From NCBI GenBank assembly GCA_963723485.1, contig CAVRQS010000003.1, positions 376,371-440,370 on the forward strand: a DNA stretch of 64,000 bases, given 5' to 3'. Positions within the stretch are counted from its first letter, which is position 1. Each line of letters opens with the position of its first letter. Shown here in pieces: positions 56,678 through 64,000 of the stretch. This DNA comes from Vulcanimicrobiota bacterium (GTDB taxonomy: Bacteria > Vulcanimicrobiota > Vulcanimicrobiia > Vulcanimicrobiales > Vulcanimicrobiaceae). The notes below the pieces were generated by a model. That model worked only from the letters and a program-made list of their open reading frames with translations, was not told the origin of the DNA and ran no database searches. A program made the translations under genes and the position numbers.

Positions 56678-58339
56678 ATGCTGTTTCTGCTTGCGGCGCT
56701 GACGCTCGCGCCTTCGACCGTAGCCTCGGGCAACGCGGACGTGCTGGCGGCGCTGCGCACTCGCGTGAAGCACGTCTTCATCATTTATCAGGAGAACCAC
56801 TCATTCGATAACTACTTTGGAACCTATCCCGGCGCCGACAACCTCGCGTCGCCGGAGGCACAGACCCGCGGTTTCCGGCAGTACGATCCGATCGGAAAGA
56901 GCTGGGTGACTCCGTTCCGCATCACCGATCCGGATACCGAGTCTCCATCCCAAGGTCGGCCGCTCGTCTACGAAAAGATGCACGGCGGCGCGATGGACGC
57001 GTTCGTTTCGGCCCAAGAGCGGGCCTCGCAGCGCAAGGTCGGGCAAGCCGCTCGCGACGTCGGCCTGCTGACGATGGCGCATTACGACTGCGACACGATC
57101 CCGTTCCTTTGGAAGTACGCGCGCTCGTTTGCGCTCTACGACCGGATCTTCAGCGCGATCGTAGGCCCGTCCACTCCGTCGGCGATCGAGCTGATCGCGG
57201 GCCAGGCCGGTGAGACGCAATGGGCGCGGGATCCGCAGAGCGCAACCGCGGCGAGCGACGTGGGACCGGGCGTCCCGGTCACTAACGATCTCGATCCCGC
57301 CTTCGGTCCGTATTCGGAGAGCGGCAAGCAGCTGCAGATATCGCAGCGCTACGCGACGCTGATGCTGGCGCTGGCCGGCGTCGACGCCACGCAGGTGACG
57401 AACGAGACACTGGGCATCGGCCGCGATCTCGGCGCGGTCGTGACGAGCGGACGCGCGCCGATTCCCTGGGGCTGGTATCAGGAGGGCTATGTGTCGCCGA
57501 CGGTGGCCCTTCCGGGATACGAGACGCATCACAACGCGCCGCAGTACTTCGGCTACCTGCGGCAGAACGACGTGTTTTGGAAGAACGAGCACGAGGTTCA
57601 CGCCATGCTGCAGGCGCTGGAGGCCGGCTCGTTGCCGTCTCGAGGCATCTTCTACATCAAGGGCGGCTCGCAGAACCGTTTCGGCTGGAAGCCCGCGAAT
57701 CCGGACTCGCACGTGCAATCGAACTACCGAGGTGACGACGACCACCCCGGCCCGGGCGATAGCGACGCGCAGGTCGGCGAGGCGTTTGTCGCCACGTTCG
57801 TCAACGCCATTGCCCGCAGCCCCTATTGGAACGACTCGGCGATCATCGTCACCTGGGACGACCCGGGTGGGTATTACGATCACGTCCCGCCGCCGCAGAT
57901 CGGGCAATGTGCGGACCAGCGTCCCTGCGGCGACGGCCCGCGCGTGCCGTTGATTTTGATCTCGCCATTTGCCCGCGAGGGTGCCGTCGTGCACGACGCC
58001 GGCGATCAGACGTCGATCCTCAAATTCGCCGAGGCGCTCTTCGATCTGCCGCCGCTCGCGTCGCTGCCCGAGGAGACGGCGCATTTGCCGCGCGGACCGC
58101 GGGACGCCGACCCCGCACTCACCGATCTCCTCGCCGGCTTCGACCCGGCGCGCCTCGCCGGCACCGCTGCACCGATTCCCGCCGCGCAAGCGGAGATCGC
58201 GGATTCGGTCGTCAACGCGTTTCCGCCGGCGATGAGCTGCGCCTCGCTCGGAATCACGCCCGTCGCACTGCCCAACGCGCCGTCCGCGCCGCCGCCCGGT
58301 TTCAATCCGCGCCCGAAGCGGGCGCGCCCGTCAACGTAA
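56678..58339 (+). CDS. phosphoesterase family protein (phospholipase C / acid phosphatase AcpA-like)
   Basis: ORF trimmed to the ATG at 56678, which gives a signal peptide. Motifs HVFIIYQENHSFDNYFGTYPGA, IIVTWDDPGGYYDHVPPP and GPRVPLILISPF. Confidence 0.85.
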   Translation: MLFLLAALTLAPSTVASGNADVLAALRTRVKHVFIIYQENHSFDNYFGTYPGADNLASPEAQTRGFRQYDPIGKSWVTPFRITDPDTESPSQGRPLVYEKMHGGAMDAFVSAQERASQRKVGQAARDVGLLTMAHYDCDTIPFLWKYARSFALYDRIFSAIVGPSTPSAIELIAGQAGETQWARDPQSATAASDVGPGVPVTNDLDPAFGPYSESGKQLQISQRYATLMLALAGVDATQVTNETLGIGRDLGAVVTSGRAPIPWGWYQEGYVSPTVALPGYETHHNAPQYFGYLRQNDVFWKNEHEVHAMLQALEAGSLPSRGIFYIKGGSQNRFGWKPANPDSHVQSNYRGDDDHPGPGDSDAQVGEAFVATFVNAIARSPYWNDSAIIVTWDDPGGYYDHVPPPQIGQCADQRPCGDGPRVPLILISPFAREGAVVHDAGDQTSILKFAEALFDLPPLASLPEETAHLPRGPRDADPALTDLLAGFDPARLAGTAAPIPAAQAEIADSVVNAFPPAMSCASLGITPVALPNAPSAPPPGFNPRPKRARPST

Positions 58340-58350
58340 GGAGCTCATCC

Positions 58351-59271
58351 ATGCCGATCACGGTAGCCGCCCCGCCGCAGCGGGTTGCGGTCTTCAGCGG
58401 ATTCGATTATGTCACCGTCGACGAGGCGCGCCATCGCGCGTACGCCGCGCACACGCGCAGCGACCGGCTCTTGGTCGTCGATACGCGCACTGGGAAGGTG
58501 ACCGCACAGGTCGACGTCGGACCGATGCACGGCGTCGCGGTCGATCCGAGCACGGGCGTCGTGTTCACCGGCAATGGCACCGACCGAACGATTTCCAAGG
58601 TTGATCCGGCTACGGGCAAGGTCGTCGGCAGCGTCGATGTGCTCGGCGACATCGACGCGATCGCCTACGATCCTTCGCATCGCAGGATCTACGCCGACCA
58701 GATCGGCGGCGGCTCCGTCTACGTGATCGACGCGGTGACGATGAAACCGATCGCCACGATCGCCATGCCGTCCGACGATCTCGAGTCGCCGGCGGTCAAC
58801 CCGAAGACGGGCGTGCTCTACCAGAATCTCGCCAACGGAGGCGGCTTTGCCGTCATCGATCCGGCGACGCTCAAGGTCGTCAAGGTGGTGAAGACGCCCC
58901 AACTGCAAGACAATCATCCTTTGACGTTCTCGCCGTCGGCGGATCAGGTGATCGTGGGAGGCGTCAACGGCGTCCTTTCGGCTTACACCACGGACGGCGC
59001 GCACGTCGGCGATATCGCGGTGCAGCCGCGCATCGATCAATGCGGCACCGGCTCGCGCGGTGACCTCGTCGTCTGTGCCGGGCGCGGCATCGTCACGGTC
59101 GTAGCGATCAAGAAAGGCGCGGCGCCGCAGGTCGTAGGGCGTCTCGACACGGCCCATGCCGGCCTCCATACGGTCGGCATCGACGAAGCGACCAACGATA
59201 TCTGGGTAGTCTACGCCGACACACGAGGCGATTGGGTCCAACGGCTGAAGTGGATCCCGTCAGGGTTCTGA
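58351..59271 (+). CDS. YncE/YVTN-type beta-propeller repeat protein
   Basis: ATG at 58351 with AAGGAG upstream. Repeated ..D..T.KVV..V.VG..P.GVAVDP-like blades. The ORF-track start at 57826 is a shadow of the upstream gene. Confidence 0.8.
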   Translation: MPITVAAPPQRVAVFSGFDYVTVDEARHRAYAAHTRSDRLLVVDTRTGKVTAQVDVGPMHGVAVDPSTGVVFTGNGTDRTISKVDPATGKVVGSVDVLGDIDAIAYDPSHRRIYADQIGGGSVYVIDAVTMKPIATIAMPSDDLESPAVNPKTGVLYQNLANGGGFAVIDPATLKVVKVVKTPQLQDNHPLTFSPSADQVIVGGVNGVLSAYTTDGAHVGDIAVQPRIDQCGTGSRGDLVVCAGRGIVTVVAIKKGAAPQVVGRLDTAHAGLHTVGIDEATNDIWVVYADTRGDWVQRLKWIPSGF

Positions 59272-59398
59272 TCGTTGAAGACGACGAACCGTTGCGCGCA
59301 CTGCTCCGCCGGGGCTCTCCGAAGGTGGCTACATCGTCGACGCGCGACCCGACGGACGCGATTGCCGGAGTAGTCAGATACGCGTGAATGCTACATGA
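59250..59398 (+). pseudogene. OmpR-type response regulator N-terminal remnant
   Basis: VRVLIVEDDEPLRALLRR in one frame, GLSEGGYIVDARPDG in the next, then back (DAIAG...). It stops after about 46 codons with no rest of the receiver domain and no DNA-binding domain. Confidence 0.5.
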
Positions 59399-59405
59399 AG
59401 AACGA

Positions 59406-60221
59406 TTATGGCGTCGGCGTCGGCGTTGCCTGAGTGGTGCCGCACAAGATGGCGCTCGCCATGACGGCCTTGGCCGCATCGTTCTCGCGCGTCTGCGCCT
59501 GCGAGATCGTCCACGTGAGCGCGTCCTGTAACCGCGTCACCGGATTATAGCCGAGGGTCAGTCCCGGAATCGACGCAGGATCGATCGTATATGGGTTCGG
59601 CGGAAGGCCGGCATAGTTCGGGTTCGCGGTTAGCGGGTTGGGAGCCGGAGTGGCGATCTGCGCGTTCGGCTCATCCGGCTGGGCGATCGAGCTGATGTAG
59701 GCCTCGCCCGCATGTTGGAGGTCCGCCATCTGCTGCGTGTCGACGAACCCGCTGATGAGGTCGAGCGACGCATTCTGCGCGGCCAGCGCCTTGAGCAGCT
59801 TCGCGCGGATGTCGCTCAAGCGCTTATCGTCCTCCTCGCGCCCCGTTCCCTTGGTAAGTTGCGGGCTGTCGAGAATCGTCTGGATCGCGATGATGTTGTT
59901 GGCGATCGGACGTATCAGGTTCTCCATCCCGAGCAGGGCCATGTTCTGCGACACGTTCGAACCGCCGGCGTCGGGATCGCGGCTGCCCGGATTGCTCTTC
60001 GTGCTCGGTCCTGCTCCGTAGAGCGAGTCCGCGTTGTACTCCTTGAAGAAATCCGGGCCTTTCTTGATCGTCGTATCGTTCTGAAGCATCATGCCGATCG
60101 CCGGCGCGATGCGATCGTGCAGCTGCGCGCAGAGTGGACGGGTGACGACGCGGTAGATCGTCGGCGGGGGGCTGGCGCCGAGCGCCAGCACGCCCGCCAG
60201 CATGGCAAGGGCGTATCTCAA
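59406..60221 (-). CDS. hypothetical secreted protein
   Basis: TTG at 60221 with AGGA upstream gives the signal MRYALAMLAGVLALGA. The body is helical and low-complexity with a Pro/Asn-rich region. The upstream part of ORF 59406..60689 overlaps the 3' end of the S9 peptidase gene out of frame on the same strand. Confidence 0.55.
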   Translation of the reverse strand: MRYALAMLAGVLALGASPPPTIYRVVTRPLCAQLHDRIAPAIGMMLQNDTTIKKGPDFFKEYNADSLYGAGPSTKSNPGSRDPDAGGSNVSQNMALLGMENLIRPIANNIIAIQTILDSPQLTKGTGREEDDKRLSDIRAKLLKALAAQNASLDLISGFVDTQQMADLQHAGEAYISSIAQPDEPNAQIATPAPNPLTANPNYAGLPPNPYTIDPASIPGLTLGYNPVTRLQDALTWTISQAQTRENDAAKAVMASAILCGTTQATPTPTP

Positions 60222-60277
60222 AGCGTATATCCTTACTGCTAGGACGCCCTGTGGCCCCTGCTTGTGACGGTCGGCAT

Positions 60278-62371
60278 CTAGAGGTATTTCTTCAGCCAGT
60301 CCAGGATGAGGTTGAGCCGCTCCACGCGGTGGATCGGCGAGCCCGTGCGCGACAGATCGTGGTTTTCGTTGGGAACGGCCACGTACTCGACCGTACGGCC
60401 CAAGATCTTCAACGCCGTGTACTCTTGGAGCGTCTGATCGATCGGAGCTCGCGTGTCGTTGTCGGCGTGAAGGATCAGCAGCGGCGCGTGCACGTTCGCG
60501 ACGTACGTGAGCGGCGAGAAGCGCGCGTAGTCCGCGCTGGCAGGATCCCATGGCGGCCCCCAGTTGTAGTAGCCGCCGCCGAGGCCGTTCTTCGCGGCGA
60601 AGTCCGCGGTGAGGTTCTCGGTGCGCACGTTGCTGACCGCACGCTCCGCGACCGCCACCTTGTAGCGATCGGTATGGGAGATCACCCACAGCGTCGCATA
60701 GCCGCCGTACGAGCCTCCCAGCACCGCAAGGCGCGACCCGTCGACGTCCGGGCGCCGCACGACCGCGTCCATAACGGCTTGCACGTCGGCGAACATCGCG
60801 TCGCCGTAGTTGCTCTCGAGGATCTCCTCGAACGCATAACCGTGACCGGTGCTGCCCGCCGGATTGGAAAAGACGACGTTGTAGCCCTCCGACGCATAGA
60901 GCTGGAACTCGTGGAAGAACGTGTCGCCGAACTGCGTCTCAGGTCCGCCGTGAATGTCCAGCAGCGTCGGATGTTTGGCGTTGGGCGCTCCGCCGGTCGC
61001 GGGCATGAACCACGCCTGTACGGTGTAACCCGCGGGATCCTTCACCGCCAATTCCTGTGGATGCGATAGCGTGACGCTGGCAAGATACGCAGCGTTGACG
61101 TTCGTGAGTTGGCGCTGCGCGCCCCCGTTCACATCCGCAACGTAGACGTCCGCCGGATGCGTGAAGTCGCTGTACAGGTAGGCGACCCGCGTACCGTCGC
61201 GCGAGATCGAACAGGACCAGGCCTCGCCGCGCGCGGGCGTAACGGCTCGAAACTCGCCGCTGGCGAGATCGACCATCTGCAGATTAGCGTAGCCCGGACC
61301 GTCCACGTTGAGCAACGCGCGTTCGCCATCCGGCAGGCGCCACGCGCACAATCCGCCGCCCTCCTTCATGTCGGCCAACAGCGTATCGCCCCACCCCACC
61401 GCGTTGCGCTGGACGATGACGCTCCGACTGGATCCGTCGACGTTCGCAGCGGCGAGCGCCGGCCGTTCGGCCGCGTCCTTGACGTCGCCGCTCAGGAAAT
61501 AGACGCGGCGACCGTCCGCGCCGAAGAAGACGCCGTTGTTGGCCGGCAGCGCCGACGCGACTTTCCGCATCGTCCCACCGGCTGAGGGAATGGTATAGAC
61601 ATCACTCGGCCCTCCGTCGACCGAGTCGTAACGCAAGGAGTCGAAGAGGATCGTGCGGTCATCGGGCGACCAGTCGTCGAAATTCTCCGAGTACTTGCCC
61701 GAAGTCAGCTGCTTTGGCCGCGATCCATCGGCGTTCACGGTCCAGATGTGCTCGTGCTGCCGATAGACGTAGCCCTGGCCGTTGCCCTCAAAAAACAGCG
61801 AGTCGACGACCGCGATGTCGCTCTTGCGCTGCGCGGCCTTCGGCGTGAAGCCGGCCTTGGCGAAGTCCACCTGCGCGCTGGGTGCGGGGTCGGTCGAGGT
61901 GACGGTGAGCGCGATGCGGTCGCCCGCGTGATCCACGACGGGACCCGACACGCCGTCCGCAATATGCGTGAGCCGCCTAATCGTGCCGCCCGCTAACATG
62001 TAGCGATAGAGCTGCGGCTTCTGCTTCTCCACCGTGCGCACGAAGACGAAACTGCGGCTATCCGGCATCCACGCGTAGTCGCCGTCACCGAGATGCCTCG
62101 TGACGTCATGCGTCAGCTTGCCGGTCGCCACGTCGACCAGCTCGATCGAGCGATCGTATGTGTCCTTAGGTCCATTCATCCGCGACGCCTCGACGAGCAC
62201 GACCCGCCCGTCCGGCGAGATCGCCGCGTTGCTGAGGAACGTAAGCTTAAAGAGGTCCTCCGGCGCAACCGGTGCCGCGGAGGCGGCGAGGGGATAGAGT
62301 ACGCAAGCCAAGATCATGGAAGCGAAAAGACGCATGCCCCTGATACCGTGCCTCATTCTTAACGGTTTCAC
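60278..62371 (-). CDS. S9 family serine peptidase (prolyl oligopeptidase/acylaminoacyl peptidase type)
   Basis: N-terminal propeller region. C-terminal hydrolase with GGSYGGY nucleophile elbow and catalytic D and H (ADNDTRAP, PNENHDLS). The GTG start overlaps the upstream stop (GTGA). Confidence 0.9.
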   Translation of the reverse strand: MKPLRMRHGIRGMRLFASMILACVLYPLAASAAPVAPEDLFKLTFLSNAAISPDGRVVLVEASRMNGPKDTYDRSIELVDVATGKLTHDVTRHLGDGDYAWMPDSRSFVFVRTVEKQKPQLYRYMLAGGTIRRLTHIADGVSGPVVDHAGDRIALTVTSTDPAPSAQVDFAKAGFTPKAAQRKSDIAVVDSLFFEGNGQGYVYRQHEHIWTVNADGSRPKQLTSGKYSENFDDWSPDDRTILFDSLRYDSVDGGPSDVYTIPSAGGTMRKVASALPANNGVFFGADGRRVYFLSGDVKDAAERPALAAANVDGSSRSVIVQRNAVGWGDTLLADMKEGGGLCAWRLPDGERALLNVDGPGYANLQMVDLASGEFRAVTPARGEAWSCSISRDGTRVAYLYSDFTHPADVYVADVNGGAQRQLTNVNAAYLASVTLSHPQELAVKDPAGYTVQAWFMPATGGAPNAKHPTLLDIHGGPETQFGDTFFHEFQLYASEGYNVVFSNPAGSTGHGYAFEEILESNYGDAMFADVQAVMDAVVRRPDVDGSRLAVLGGSYGGYATLWVISHTDRYKVAVAERAVSNVRTENLTADFAAKNGLGGGYYNWGPPWDPASADYARFSPLTYVANVHAPLLILHADNDTRAPIDQTLQEYTALKILGRTVEYVAVPNENHDLSRTGSPIHRVERLNLILDWLKKYL

Positions 62372-64000
62372 GTCCCCTTCTCGCCGCCGGCGTAGAATAT
62401 CAGCTTGAAGATCGCCTGCGGCACCGTGATGAGCGTATTCGGATTACCGTAGGCGGCGTAGACCTCGGCCCTGCGCAAGCGCAGGTGGTACGCGATTGAG
62501 ATGTTCGAGCACGAGCCTGCGCAGTCGCCGCCGCCATTGGGCTGCGGCGGATAGCCGACCACCCGCCGAACGCCGATTGCAAACGATGAGTTCGCACTCA
62601 CCTGGTAAGCGTACGCGATCTCCTCGAACCATTGGATGTTAGGCGACCCCGCGTGGAAATACTGGGCCGTATCGTCGAGCGTGAACGTGAGCGCGCCGCG
62701 GCTGCCGACGCGAACGGTCGAGTTACGGAACCACGTGTCGAGCCGGCCGCCGATGCCGTAATTTCCCGTATACCATTGAATCGACGTCGGCGTCGCCGAC
62801 GACCCATGGGTGGGAAAGTTGTTGAGGTTGTTCTGCATGCCGCTGTGATACGTCAGGCTTAAGCCGGCGTTCTGCGAGATCGGCGTGAGGTTAGCGCCGA
62901 AGCGCCAATAATCCGATCCCGAATAGAGCTGAAGGTCCACCGTGTCTTTGGTCAGGAAATCGACCAGCACCTGGTTATCGCTCTGACCGATGCCGGCAGT
63001 CGTGGTCCCTTGGTAGCGGTCCATGAAACCCGAGACGCCGATCGACGATAAGAAATCGCGGGGCGCAAACGTCCACACCCGCGCACCGTAGAGGCCATAA
63101 CCGCGGATGCCCGGATGGGAATCGAAGCCGTCGACCGGGTTGAAGTAGCTTCCCACGTCGCGGTACGAGCCGAAGAGCGCGTACTGCTGGCTGATGAAGC
63201 CGCCGCCCGCGTCGAGCCAGTTGCCTTGCGAGGGGTCGAGCACGTTGGTTCCGCGGTCGGTCGCATAGTTCGCATACGCCGACAGATACTTTCCGTTGAA
63301 CCAGCTCATGCCGGCCTCGTTCGACACGTCGACGACGCCGGGAACGTCGGCCACTACATGCTGCAGGGCGGCATTCCAGCGATTGTCGTCCGACGTATAG
63401 TTGAGCGCCTCCGCGGAGTCGTTTCGGCCGTCGCCGATTGCATCGTATCCCGCTAGCCCGAACGCTCCCTGCCTCCCTTCGAATGCATAGCCCTGTGACG
63501 GTGTGGGAATCCCCGGCGTATAGAGTATCGTTCGAAGTCCGTTGCAGACGTCGCAATTGAAGTTGTTGTAGTACGGCGCAGCCTGGGTGAAGAACGGGCG
63601 GACCTCCGAGTAAGTGCGCTGATAGACGGTCGGAGAAATCGATTGCTGATCGATCTCGACGTTCGAGTAGTCGGGGTGCAGCGTGCCGAAAAGGGCCGCG
63701 GTCTGCGTAACCGGAATCGAAAAGTCGCTCCCGACGCGCGAAGTGCTGCCGCCGGTCGGCTTGCTCGCGATCTCGCCCAGCCCATACATGCCGAAGCGCG
63801 GCCCGGGCAGCGGCGGTTTTGCAACCAGCGGTATGTCGAGCCGTCCGGCGCGTGCCGGATCGTCCGGATTGGTTTGCGACTGATCGTACGACCAGACGTC
63901 GAGTTCTCCGGTCGACCGTACGTAGCGCACGAATTGCACGCGCCACGTACCGGCATGCGCACCGTGAACGACGCGCAGCGGAATGGCCATCGTCACGACA
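62368..64000 (-). CDS. large beta-rich outer-membrane-like protein (DUF5916-like), 5' end outside the window
   Basis: The reading frame is open to the window edge. It is rich in Y/G/N/S/T with alternating patterns and ends in an aromatic-rich strand (IFKLIFYAGGEKGT). The family guess is from memory. Confidence 0.55.
   Translation of the reverse strand, partial: VVTMAIPLRVVHGAHAGTWRVQFVRYVRSTGELDVWSYDQSQTNPDDPARAGRLDIPLVAKPPLPGPRFGMYGLGEIASKPTGGSTSRVGSDFSIPVTQTAALFGTLHPDYSNVEIDQQSISPTVYQRTYSEVRPFFTQAAPYYNNFNCDVCNGLRTILYTPGIPTPSQGYAFEGRQGAFGLAGYDAIGDGRNDSAEALNYTSDDNRWNAALQHVVADVPGVVDVSNEAGMSWFNGKYLSAYANYATDRGTNVLDPSQGNWLDAGGGFISQQYALFGSYRDVGSYFNPVDGFDSHPGIRGYGLYGARVWTFAPRDFLSSIGVSGFMDRYQGTTTAGIGQSDNQVLVDFLTKDTVDLQLYSGSDYWRFGANLTPISQNAGLSLTYHSGMQNNLNNFPTHGSSATPTSIQWYTGNYGIGGRLDTWFRNSTVRVGSRGALTFTLDDTAQYFHAGSPNIQWFEEIAYAYQVSANSSFAIGVRRVVGYPPQPNGGGDCAGSCSNISIAYHLRLRRAEVYAAYGNPNTLITVPQAIFKLIFYAGGEKGT

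Overview
High-GC bacterial chromosomal segment, densely coding: about 65 protein genes, 2 tRNAs, no rRNA, no CRISPR array and no intact mobile element. All functional calls come from motifs I recognise by eye in the supplied translations. No database search or HMM was run. Landmarks: (1) rpmG, tRNA-Trp, secE, nusG, rplK, rplA on the minus strand (1.9-4.3 kb), but without rplJ/rplL/rpoB after rplA. (2) tRNA-Arg(CCU) next to decayed gene remnants (4.7-5.6 kb). (3) A 13-kb co-directional minus-strand block (15.1-28.0 kb): LemA, TPM, TPM, amidase-like, MalT/LuxR-type regulator, hypothetical, response regulator, histidine kinase, TonB-dependent-receptor-like protein, FAD monooxygenase. (4) A solitary rpoC (29.6-33.4 kb). 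(5) A putative stress module with a basic tandem-repeat protein, an lmo0937-type peptide and a GAF/PP2C/HATPase sensor (34.2-37.5 kb). (6) A UdgX-type uracil-DNA binding protein. (7) An actinobacterial-style respiratory cluster (39.5-50.8 kb): qcrC, ctaF/D/C, ctaE, qcrA, qcrB, a CtaG-cytochrome c fusion and a PQQ alcohol dehydrogenase. (8) Housekeeping and hydrolase genes (tsaD, cfa-like, phosphoesterase, S9 peptidase). Best leads: the receptor-like outer-membrane protein continues about 320 codons past its canonical terminal Phe into two unrecognised tandem modules. A 7-nt tandem duplication breaks the cytochrome c domain fused to CtaG and makes one open frame through to the PQQ dehydrogenase, which carries the lanthanide-type D-Y-D signature. 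rpoC is uncoupled from rpoB. A small hairpin repeat family sits in the spacers and leaders of the transcription/translation genes. I cannot show that any of these is a genuinely new system. They are candidates that need the checks listed.
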